From the NCBI GenBank assembly GCA_965217775.1, contig CBDCJH010000002.1:1984001-2048000 (forward strand): 64,000 nt of DNA, read 5' to 3'. This document shows, piece by piece, positions 19,826 to 28,762 of the stretch. The notes under the pieces are model-generated. The model worked only from the letters and a program-made list of their open reading frames with translations, was not told the DNA's origin and searched no databases. The first letter of the stretch is position 1. Every line of letters begins with the position of its first letter. A program made the position numbers and the translations under genes. The DNA is from Acidobacteriota bacterium (GTDB taxonomy: Bacteria; Acidobacteriota; UBA6911; RPQK01; JAJDTT01).

Positions 19826-20806
19826 CTAGAAGGGGATCCGCTCGACGATGCTGCGGGTGACGCGCCGGCGCCGGCGGTCATAGAGCTGGGTGGTGGAGGG
19901 GTGGGAGTGCCCGACCAGGTGCTGGACCTCCTCGACGGGGACGTTCTGGGAGAGCAGGGCGGTGACGACCATGACGCGGAACGAGTGAGGCGTCAGGTTG
20001 TCGGGGAGCCCGGCGGCGGCGAGGCGGCGCTTGAGCATGGCCCGGACGGCGGCTTGGTTGACCTGCCGGCGGGTGAGGGATCCGCCTCGAAGCGCGCCGC
20101 GCCACAGTGGCGCTCCGGGCGGGTCTTCACCGATCCCGGACGCAGCCATGTACGCCTGGATCCACTCATCCAGATCGTCGCGCACGGGGATCTCGCGTTC
20201 CTTGCCGTTTTTCTCGCGGAAGCGAAAGAGCCGCCCCTCCTCGTGAGTCCGCAGGTCGCCGATCCGCAGCCGGCAAAGCGCCCCGATCCGGCAGCCGGTG
20301 GTGATCAGGGTGCCGAGCATGGCCCGGTCCCGAAGCCCCATGGGGGAATCGAGTTCGATGGCGGAGAAGAGCCGCCGCGCTTGCGACAGGCTGATCTCCG
20401 GCGTCTTGCCGTCGATGACCTGGTGCTGGATCCCCCGGACCGAGTGAAAGGGGTTCAACACGACGGCATGGCGGGTGACCAGGGCGTCGAAGAAATGTCT
20501 GAGCGCCGCGAGCGCCTGGTTCTTGGTCGCGGCCGACACAGGCAGATCCCGCAGGAAGCGTCCGGCCAGGCCGGGCGTCACATGGGCGAGCTCCACGTCC
20601 TCGCGCTCGCAAAACTCAAGAAACCATCCGACGGCCCGAGCGTAGGCCCGGCGGGTCTCGGGGTTCGAGATCCGGGCGGAGAAGAACTCGTCGGCCGCAA
20701 AGCAGGCCACGCGGCCGGCGCGGGCCAGCATCGGCGGGAACGCCTTCGCGGCGAGTTCCCCGCGGACGGGCTTGAGGGGGGCGAGGTCGGGCAGCGAGTC
20801 GTCCAT
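19826..20806 (-). CDS. tyrosine recombinase/integrase (XerC/D-like, intact)
   Basis: TRRAY, RDRAML..TGCRIG (R), K, HSFR, GH..TTQLY (H, Y); start at 20806 chosen because its spacing to the upstream site matches the paralog (ATG at 20812 is possible). Confidence 0.93.
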   Translation of the reverse strand: MDDSLPDLAPLKPVRGELAAKAFPPMLARAGRVACFAADEFFSARISNPETRRAYARAVGWFLEFCEREDVELAHVTPGLAGRFLRDLPVSAATKNQALAALRHFFDALVTRHAVVLNPFHSVRGIQHQVIDGKTPEISLSQARRLFSAIELDSPMGLRDRAMLGTLITTGCRIGALCRLRIGDLRTHEEGRLFRFREKNGKEREIPVRDDLDEWIQAYMAASGIGEDPPGAPLWRGALRGGSLTRRQVNQAAVRAMLKRRLAAAGLPDNLTPHSFRVMVVTALLSQNVPVEEVQHLVGHSHPSTTQLYDRRRRRVTRSIVERIPF

Positions 20807-20810
20807 AACC

Positions 20811-20838
20811 ATTTACGGTAACGTACTTTACCGGCAAT
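20811..20838. promoter_or_regulatory. palindromic 11-6-11 recombinase core site
   Basis: ATTTACGGTAA-CGTACT-TTACCGGCAAT, arms 9/11 complementary, 4 nt upstream of the integrase ATG. Confidence 0.75.
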
Positions 20839-21169
20839 AATTCAAGGCCGCCGACAACTTGGCTCGCAGCCGTAGAAGGCCCGTAGCGCTTCCGGGCCGA
20901 GCTCTCCAGCGCCAGGAGCCGGGCCGATTCCCTCCTCCAAGGATGAATTCGGCCAATCCCGAGAAAAAAGACGCCCTCAGAGGGCGTGTGAGCTTGGCGC
21001 GTCCAGACTAAGGGTGAGGCATAGGCCTCTGGCGCTTGCGGGCCGGGAACGCGCCGCACTCCGGGACCGCCTGGGACAGCTCGAAGGGCGCATGGCCCGC
21101 CTCAACGAGACATCGGACAAAACGATGGGCGATTCGCGGTCGGGTGCCCAGTCTTGTTCGCCCGACGCG

Positions 21170-21913
21170 CTACCTTCGAACTCCGCTCCGCCAGCTAACG
21201 TGATTGAGCCGGTGCTCGAAGTACCGGCGGAACACTTCGTTCTCGGGATACGCTGCCGGATCGGCCCAGATTGCCCCAAGGCGTCCCACCAATCCGGCAA
21301 TCCAATCCGCTGTCTGGAGGGTCTGATACCGGTAGCTTTCCAGATGGAACGGTGGCTCGATAAGACACCGGCGGCGTTCCGCCCTCGCATACATGCTCCG
21401 TGCCGCCTCGGTGATCAGGGCAGATCGTTGATCGTGTTCATCGAGAATCAGGACAAAATTCCCGGGCGGACTACAATCCTCTTCGCAAAATCCATCAATC
21501 CGCTTGATTGCCTCAAGAAATACCCGTGTGTAGAGCCTGTTCGAATTGTGCGCCCTCGGCGGCGCAGTCTTTTTGAGACCGATATAGAAGACGAATCCGC
21601 CGAGCGCTTCGATCTTGTTGAACAGCCGGTTGGTGAAATTCCTGAGTTCTGCGTACCGCGTCACGTTCTTGACCGTGTAGAGGCTCGCCCCCTTCTCTTC
21701 CCATAGGGCCGGATGTTTCCCCGACCGGTTGATCTCAAATTCGAGAAGCTCGCACTTGCGCCGGAAGAACCAGGTTCCGAACCCACGCACCACTTCGGAA
21801 GCGAGGACGAAGCCCGCCAGGCCAAACACTGGACTGTCCTTCTACCTTCGGTCTCGCCTGCTGACGTAGAGGCCGATATGCCCGAATTCATCAAGGTAGG
21901 CGAAGTACGTCAC
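21170..21913 (-). pseudogene. DUF3800 family protein with an in-frame TAG at codon 24
   Basis: VTYFAYLDEFGHIG..R*KDSPVFGLAGFV, WEKKG, ILDE, EPPFHLES.RYQTLQTADWIAGLVGR; TAG at 21842-21844. Confidence 0.8.
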
Positions 21914-21928
21914 CGACGGGGTCTCCGG

Positions 21929-21992
21929 AAACACGAAAGCCCGTGCCGGAGCACGGGCCTCGGAGAGAGAGCAAGACAAGCTTGCATCTCAT
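21929..21992 (-). ncRNA. candidate structured RNA leader of DUF3800 (two hairpins, the second terminator-like)
   Basis: GAGAUGCAAG-CUUGU-CUUGCUCUC, then GCCCGUGC-UCCG-GCACGGGC-UUUCGUGUUU; putative TCGACA-N17-CATAGT promoter at 22026-21998. Confidence 0.55.
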
Positions 21993-22074
21993 AAACAACT
22001 ATGCCGCTTCAAAGTTGATCTGTCGAGAATGGTGGGAAGCGGACCCCTTCTCTGAGAAACAACTCTTTAAGCCC

Positions 22075-23401
22075 CCTCTTCACCTTGCGGAGGCCCCGGA
22101 CGCTGAACCGACGAAATTCCAATACCTCTTTGATCCACCCGTGCGGCGCTTCCGAGATTCATTTGCGCCGAGCGTAGGTGGCCCGACCCGTCTCTGTTGC
22201 CTGTTTCTGCGCCATCCGCCATGTCGCCGGAGCCGTCTCCGGATCTCCCCTCTTGGTCGGGGTCTTCCCCTCTCGGCCCAGCGCCACATACCCGTCAATG
22301 CCCCGTGCCTCCAACTCCGCCAAGTCCCGCTCGTTGCCGTAGTCCGAGTCCGCCAACACCGGCTCCGGCTGTTGTCCGTACCTCGCCTTCACCGCGTCCA
22401 ACTGGGAGATCACCTGGCCTTGATCACTGGCGTGTGCCGTCACCTGCGTCGAGACGATCAGCTGATTCGCTCCGTCCACCGTCACCTGCGCGTTGTAGCC
22501 CTGCCGGAACCCTTCTGCGCTGGTGTGCATGATCCCGCTCTCCGGGTCCGTGAAGTTGCTCTGCGCCTTCGGGTCCGGTTCCCCATAGGCCCGCTTGTAG
22601 GGTCACCCTCTCTTCGGCCTCCGATCCGGTCCCGGTTTCCGTCCCCGGGCCCGATCCGCCGCTCGTTGGGCCGCCTCCAATCGCGCCTTGGCCGCCCGGA
22701 TCGCCGCCAGTCGACCCTTCCGAGTTCGCAACTCTTCCGGAATCTCGTCCCCACGCCGATCCTTCCCGTAGCGGGCGTCTTCCTCCGCGTCGATCTCGTC
22801 CGCTCGTCGCAGCCACTCCCCGATCTCCGCGTCCAGACACCCTTGTTCCCGATTCATCCGGCGGTAGGTCATCGCATTGCGCTTGCTCGCATTCGCCCGC
22901 ACCTTCGTGCCGTCGATCGACAACGTCCGTAACTTCGCCAACCCCAGCTCTCGCGCCAGTCCCACCACCTCCACGAACAGCTTCCGGAAGTCCTCCAAGT
23001 GCCGGCGACGAAACTCGCTCATGGTCCGATGCGCCGGAAAGTTCCCCGCCGTCAGCATCCGAAACGCCACATCCTCCTCCAGCTTTTTCGCGATCCCTCG
23101 AGAAGAGAACACTCCAGTCGCGTACCCGTAGATCAGAAGCTGCGTGATCATCCGTGGCTCATACGGGGCATTGCGCCGGCCGTCCCCTTCGTAGGGAGCG
23201 CAAAAAAGCCGTCAGGTCCAGTCCGTCCACCAGATCGCTCACGTGGTAGGTCATATGGCCCTCCGGCGACCAGTCCCCCAGGTCCGGCGGCAACAGCAGC
23301 TTCTGTTTCGGGTGGTAGGGGCGAAACGTCGTTGGCATCCGGCACCTCCGCCGCCTATTCTCCCATGAGGGTCGGACCCCTGTTTGCTGCGGCGCCGACT
23401 A
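22075..23401 (-). mobile_element. decayed IS1182-family element (transposase with several frameshifts and stops, 3'-truncated)
   Basis: LLIYGYATGVFSSRGIAKKLEEDVAFR..FPAHRTMSEFRRRH, IDGTKVRANAS, QGYNAQ, LADSDY, YARRK*ISEAPHGWIK; the end abuts CTAG at 23402-23405. Confidence 0.85.
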
Positions 23402-24946
23402 CTAGCCCGACGGTCCTTGTTTCTGAGTCCACACGGTCAGATTCGTCAGATCCCGGGCCGTGCCCTTCTTCGGAAGCCAGCTGATCAGGTATCCCAGTCC
23501 CAACAACGCCAGATTGGCCAGGACGATGATCCAGAAGCGGTCGGGAAAGATCCCGGCCAGCGCCGGCCACAGACGGCTACCCGTCTCGCTGCCCACGAAG
23601 ACCCAGAGACAGACGCCGGCCACGACGCAGACCGTGGCCGCGGCGGCCGATCGGCTGTCCACCCGCCGAGTCAGGAACCCCAGCAGGAAGAGCCCCAGCA
23701 GACCTCCACTGAGAATGGACATGAGGAGGCTCTGGAGGTCCATGAGGGTCTCGGTCCGGGTGAGGTAGATGGTCAGCGCCGCCCCGATCATGACCGCACC
23801 GAAGACCACCGAGAGCCAGCGTCCGACCCTGACGTAGTGCGCCTCCTCCCGGTCCGGCGCGAACAGCCGCCGGTAGAAGTCGGTCGTCACGGTGGCGGCG
23901 GACGCATTGATGCTGGAGTCGAGCGTGGACATGGCAGCCGCCAGCAGACCCGAGACGATCAGCCCGGCCAGGCCGGCGGGCATCTGGGTGAGGATGAAGA
24001 AGGGGAAGACCTGCTCGGGCGCCAGACCGGACAGCTCCGGAGTCGGGAAATGATTGTAGAAGACGTAGAGGGCGGTCCCCACGAAGGTGAAATAGAGCCA
24101 GACGGAAACCGCGGAAAAGGCGCCCAGGATGACCCCTTTTCGGGCTTCCCGGTCCGTCTTCATGGCGGAGTAACGTTGGACCGTCATCTGGTCGGTGCTC
24201 ATGACCTGGAGGAAGAGGAAGAAGTACAACAGAGTCGTGACCCAGAGCGTCTTCTCGTCCCAGGAAAAATGGGTGCTTCCGACGGAAAACTTCCCGGCCG
24301 AGTACGCCTCGGTCAGGATCTGTTCCAACCCTCCGGGAAGGAGCGTGGCCACCACCGGCACGCACAGGAGTCCTCCTCCCACCAGGGCCACCCCTTGGAG
24401 CACATCGGTCCAGATCACCGCCTCCAGCCCCCCCGCCGTGGTGTAGAAGGCCACCAGGACGCCGAAGACCACGATGATGAGAGGAATCGGAAAACCGCTG
24501 AGGGTCTCGATGGCCAGGGAGACGGCGTAGAGGATGACGCCCAGCCGAAACACCTGGAAGAGGATGAAGCCGGCGCCGGCGTAGAGCCGGGCCCAGGTCC
24601 CGAAACGGCGTTCCAGATAGGCGTAGGCCGAGGCGAACCGGCCGGCTCGAAAGAAGGGCATGAACAGAAACAACGCCGCCAGATTGGCGATCAGATAGGT
24701 CATGTGGCCGGGGATGTAACGCCAGTCCTCCTGGAAGGCGAACCCGGGCATGGCCAGGAAGGTCATGGAGCTGATGATGGTGGACATCAGGGAGATCCCC
24801 ACCACCCAACCCGGCATCTTGCGGCCGGCCAGGAAGTAGGCCTCCGACGATTTGCTCCTGCGGGAGGTGTAGATCCCGATGGCGACCATGGCCCCCAGAT
24901 TCAGGCAGATCACCAGAAAATCGGGCCATCTCAGATAGTGCAGCAT
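23402..24946 (-). CDS. sodium:solute symporter (SSS family, sialic-acid/sugar type)
   Basis: YFLAGRKMPGW, SSMTFLAMPG, AYAYLERRF, GGLEAVIWTD, DQMTVQRY, AAAMSTLDSSIN. Confidence 0.92.
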   Translation of the reverse strand: MLHYLRWPDFLVICLNLGAMVAIGIYTSRRSKSSEAYFLAGRKMPGWVVGISLMSTIISSMTFLAMPGFAFQEDWRYIPGHMTYLIANLAALFLFMPFFRAGRFASAYAYLERRFGTWARLYAGAGFILFQVFRLGVILYAVSLAIETLSGFPIPLIIVVFGVLVAFYTTAGGLEAVIWTDVLQGVALVGGGLLCVPVVATLLPGGLEQILTEAYSAGKFSVGSTHFSWDEKTLWVTTLLYFFLFLQVMSTDQMTVQRYSAMKTDREARKGVILGAFSAVSVWLYFTFVGTALYVFYNHFPTPELSGLAPEQVFPFFILTQMPAGLAGLIVSGLLAAAMSTLDSSINASAATVTTDFYRRLFAPDREEAHYVRVGRWLSVVFGAVMIGAALTIYLTRTETLMDLQSLLMSILSGGLLGLFLLGFLTRRVDSRSAAAATVCVVAGVCLWVFVGSETGSRLWPALAGIFPDRFWIIVLANLALLGLGYLISWLPKKGTARDLTNLTVWTQKQGPSG

Positions 24947-25228
24947 CGAGTGGATTTCTCCAGGAGAAGTCGGAACTCTACCGAAAACATGGCCTCAGGC
25001 CAAGTCATCACGAATCCCGTTCGCGGTCCTTTGCGGCGGGCCTCACTACGTCGGGAGACTACTTCAACGCCGGAACTGCGGTATCATGGCGGCCGCAAAA
25101 TGGATCATTTGAGTTGGACATAGACAGTGGTTGGACACGATCCCCATCACTGACGGCCTGACGGAAACGATGCCGGGGCGTCGGCCCACCTGACGTTTGT
25201 TCTTGAAGACATAAGCCCACAGCGAGTC

Positions 25229-26185
25229 ATGGACATGGATGCTTTCCGAGAATTCTTGAACCAGCACGACGAACCGGCATGGGACGACGTACTGGCGGAC
25301 CTGGATCCCTCACTTCATCCCGTGGACCGGGAGTCGACTCGAATCTGGTTCGGCTTCTGGCCACTGAAGCTCCGGCGGCTCCTCCGGGAGTCGACGGACG
25401 AGGCGGCAACGGCACAGGAGTATCTCCTGGACGGCCGCTACCGGCTGGAGCACCAGTTGGACGAGTCCGTCGACTTCCTGTACGGATCGATCTATTGGGA
25501 CCGGGTCAAGGAGGCTCTCCTTCAACGGATGGAATCGGCCTCCGACCGGAACCTGGAGAGCCTCGCGAGCGAGATACGCAGGTTGGCGGGCGGCCTGGCG
25601 GCCCAACTCAAGGTGGAGAAATCCCTCCTGCTGGGGATCTCGGCGGTGGCCTTCATGGCGTTCCAGCAGGTGGGAGCGCAACCCTTCAGGAACGGTTCCG
25701 GATCCGGAACGCCGCGTTCCAAGCGGCCCGCGCCCAAGAAGATTCTCAAATACCGATCTCGCAAAACGAGTCAAGGGCTCTTCGGCTTTCTCCGAACCGT
25801 CAACCGCAAGTTCACGGTCCGCTTCGACGAATCCAAGCGGGACGCGACCTTCTCCTGCATCGAAGGACAGGATCTGTCCTCCGCTTCCGCCGGAGATGAA
25901 CGGGACTATCAGACCCGGGACCACCGGTGCATTGCCGGACCGATCCCCGCCGAATGCCGGGTGGCCTCGTGCGGGTACTGCTGGATCGGCATCCTGAACG
26001 GCCGGGAAAACATCATCGAGTTGAGCGAACACGAGCGCCGGCGCCTGAATTACTTCGGGTACCTCGACTCCTCCTCCCACGACGAGACCCATCCCGTCAT
26101 CCGGCTGGCGTGCCAATCCAAGTGCTACGGTGACGTGACGGTGGTGGTTCCGCCCTGGAACGGGAGCCTGGACGGACGCCGTTGA
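25229..26185 (+). CDS. protein with a C-terminal 2Fe-2S ferredoxin-type domain
   Basis: C-x4-C-x2-C (ECRVASCGYC) ... RLACQ; large N-terminal domain not recognised. Confidence 0.75.
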   Translation: MDMDAFREFLNQHDEPAWDDVLADLDPSLHPVDRESTRIWFGFWPLKLRRLLRESTDEAATAQEYLLDGRYRLEHQLDESVDFLYGSIYWDRVKEALLQRMESASDRNLESLASEIRRLAGGLAAQLKVEKSLLLGISAVAFMAFQQVGAQPFRNGSGSGTPRSKRPAPKKILKYRSRKTSQGLFGFLRTVNRKFTVRFDESKRDATFSCIEGQDLSSASAGDERDYQTRDHRCIAGPIPAECRVASCGYCWIGILNGRENIIELSEHERRRLNYFGYLDSSSHDETHPVIRLACQSKCYGDVTVVVPPWNGSLDGRR

Positions 26186-26316
26186 TCCGGGACGGGCAGG
26201 ACTTCCGTCTTCAATCGGAACCTCACTTCCAAGAAAAACATGGCAGCGCCCTGGGCGGGGACATTCCTGTCCTCCTCTTCGCCACCGGCCCCGAATCGGC
26301 GACTGGAGAGGCTCAG

Positions 26317-27822
26317 CTATGCAGCATCTCCCGACGACTCCAGTTCCTGGGCGATCCCTTGGAACGCCTCCAAGGCGGCCTGCAGGTCTTCCACGATCTC
26401 GGCAGCCAGCACTTCCGGCTCCGGGAGATTCTCACTGTCCGCCAGAGCCCTGTCCCTGATCCACAGGAGATCCAGGTTCAGCTTGTCCCGCTTGGCCAGT
26501 TCGTCGTACTCGAACGCCCTCCAGCGGCCGCCCTCGTTGTCCGGGCTCCACGTCGGATCTCTCAAGTGGCGCTCGCCCGGCCGGTAGCAGGCCACGAAGT
26601 CGTCAAGATCCGCTCGACGGAGCGGCTTCAATTTGAGCGTGAAGTGCCTGTTCGTCCGCAGGTCGTAGACCCAGAGCCGCTCCGTCCAGGGCTTCTCGCG
26701 CGCGGGCCTGGCGTCGAAGAACAGGACGTTCGCCTTCACGCCCTGGGCGTAGAAGATCCCGGTCGGGAGGCGGAGGAGGGTGTGCACGTCGAATGCTTGG
26801 AGCAGGTTGCGCCTCACGGTCTCGCCTGCGCCACCCTCGAACAGGACGTTGTCCGGCACGACAATGGCGCAGGCGCCGTGCATCCTGAGCAGCGTCTTCA
26901 CGTGCTGGAGGAAGTTCAGTTGCTTGTTCTTGGTGCCGGTCCAGAAGTCCTGTCGCTCGTAGGCGTGGGACTCCGCCTCCAGTTTGCCCTCCTCGTTCAC
27001 GATTCGGACGCTGCTCTTCTTGCCGAACGGGGGGTTGGTGAGCACCATCGAGAAGCGCTCGCCGGGATCGTTGGCCAGGCTGTCGACTCCCGACCGGATC
27101 GGGGACTCGTCCGGGCCGATCCCGTGCAGGTAGAGGTTCATGAGGCAGAGTCGGGCGGTCGCTGGCACGATCTCCCAACCCCGCACGAAGTCCTGCTGTA
27201 GATGGCGCTTCCGGTCGGGATCCAAGCTGCTGCCGTGCTCTCGGACCACGTAGTCATGGGCGGCCAGGAGGAATCCGCCGGTCCCGCAGGCGGGATCGCA
27301 GACCGTGTCGTCGGGACCCGGCCGCACGCAGTCCACGATGGCCTTGATCAGTTCGCGGGGCGTGAAGTACTGGCCCGCGCCCTTCGGCGACTCCTGGGCC
27401 GACTTGGCCAGCAGGCCCTCGTAGATGTCCCCCTTCACGTCCGCGCGCATCGACATCCAGTCCTCGGGGTCGATCAGGTCGACGATCAGGCGCTTCAGCG
27501 TGGCCGGATTCTGGATCTCCTGACGGGCCTTCTTGAAGATCTCCCCCAGCATCCCTCTCTGTCTGGGAAGCTCCGTCAGGATGCGCCGGTAGTGGGCCTC
27601 CAACTCCTCGCCGTCGCGGGCGAGCAGGCTCGGCCAGTCGAATCCGGCCGGCACGATGGGCGGGCGATTCCAAGGCGGTTGGGTCCGCTGATCGGCCATC
27701 TTCAGGAACAGCAGGAACGTGATCTGCTCCGTGTAGGCCATGTACGAAAGGCCGTCGTCGCGAAGCAGGTGCGCGAAGCTCCACGCCTTGTTGACGACTT
27801 GGCGGGTGTGGTCAACCGCCAA
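26317..27822 (-). CDS. hsdM: type I R-M methyltransferase subunit
   Basis: GDIYEGLL, GAGQYFTPR, DPACGTGGF, NPPF, VVPDNVLF, LRLPTGIFY. Confidence 0.95.
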   Translation of the reverse strand: MAVDHTRQVVNKAWSFAHLLRDDGLSYMAYTEQITFLLFLKMADQRTQPPWNRPPIVPAGFDWPSLLARDGEELEAHYRRILTELPRQRGMLGEIFKKARQEIQNPATLKRLIVDLIDPEDWMSMRADVKGDIYEGLLAKSAQESPKGAGQYFTPRELIKAIVDCVRPGPDDTVCDPACGTGGFLLAAHDYVVREHGSSLDPDRKRHLQQDFVRGWEIVPATARLCLMNLYLHGIGPDESPIRSGVDSLANDPGERFSMVLTNPPFGKKSSVRIVNEEGKLEAESHAYERQDFWTGTKNKQLNFLQHVKTLLRMHGACAIVVPDNVLFEGGAGETVRRNLLQAFDVHTLLRLPTGIFYAQGVKANVLFFDARPAREKPWTERLWVYDLRTNRHFTLKLKPLRRADLDDFVACYRPGERHLRDPTWSPDNEGGRWRAFEYDELAKRDKLNLDLLWIRDRALADSENLPEPEVLAAEIVEDLQAALEAFQGIAQELESSGDAA

Positions 27823-28609
27823 CGGGCCCGCCTTCGGCGACGGGTTGAGTCAGTTGCGCTTCACCGTCGCCGCCCCCCGCTTCCGCCGCTGCCTTCGCGG
27901 CTTCCTTGGCTTCGTATTCCGCTACCCTGCACATGGCGTCCTTCCGTGCGAGGACAAGGGCGGCGAGAATGCTCTCGTTCGATGGTTCCCCTTCCGGAAA
28001 TCTCCACGGCTGCTCTGTCATTTGTTGCCTCCCGACATCTGTGGTTCGTTGCCTGGGGCCTGATGGCCGCCACTTCGTGCCCGGCTCGCGGACTGCATTC
28101 CATTCCTCGGACTCCGCCAGCAGAACCGGAACCTCGCCGGAATTGTCGTACACCCGCCAGTCGTCCACAACCTTCCGGTAAAGGTCGCGCAAGTTCCTCC
28201 AACTCCGCTCGAAGCGCCGGCGGATCACGGGCTCGGGAATGTGGTGCCCTCCTTCGCGAACGCGCCGGGCGACACGCGCAACGGAGTGATCGGCGCTCGG
28301 CATCCGAAGGTAGATGATGGAAACCCGATATCCCGAGGCTTGCCAGCGCCGGATCCGTTTGGCGTAGGCTCTGCCACTGAGCGTGGTCTCGGTTGCGAAA
28401 TCTTCGCCGCGCGCGACGTGGGCCTCCATCTCGCGCAACGCCAACCTCCCCGCCTTCTGCGCAACGGCGGCGGGGTCGTATGGACGCAGCTTTGCGGCGA
28501 TGTCGTCACCGTTCACGAAACATCGCCGATCCCCTTCGCGCTTCAGGTAGCGCCGTGCAAACGTCGTCTTGCCGGCTCCGTTCGGACCCGCGATTACGAG
28601 GATCTTCAT
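27812..28609 (-). CDS. zeta-toxin-like P-loop ATPase/kinase with a C-terminal extension
   Basis: IAGPNGAGKTT, FVNGDDIA, ETTLSG, RVARRVREGGHHIPE..RRF.RS, VYDNS; ~80 extra C-terminal residues. Confidence 0.85.
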   Translation of the reverse strand: MKILVIAGPNGAGKTTFARRYLKREGDRRCFVNGDDIAAKLRPYDPAAVAQKAGRLALREMEAHVARGEDFATETTLSGRAYAKRIRRWQASGYRVSIIYLRMPSADHSVARVARRVREGGHHIPEPVIRRRFERSWRNLRDLYRKVVDDWRVYDNSGEVPVLLAESEEWNAVREPGTKWRPSGPRQRTTDVGRQQMTEQPWRFPEGEPSNESILAALVLARKDAMCRVAEYEAKEAAKAAAEAGGGDGEAQLTQPVAEGGPVGG

Positions 28610-28762
28610 GTCGCTTCTCCTGAAAAAGCGGCGTCGGCGGTCCGATCTTGCGACCTGGCGAGGATCAGAGGGTGGACCGAGGAGCCATGGTAGCGCCGAC
28701 CCACGGGCCAATCCAAGGCTGAACGAGACTCGCGCATGCGTCAGAAGATCGAGAGCGCCTCG

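Noticed and set aside
21842-21844. TAG read-through or pyrrolysine in DUF3800
   Set aside because: TAG is an ordinary stop in many genes here, no pyl genes are seen, and the region is full of decayed genes.
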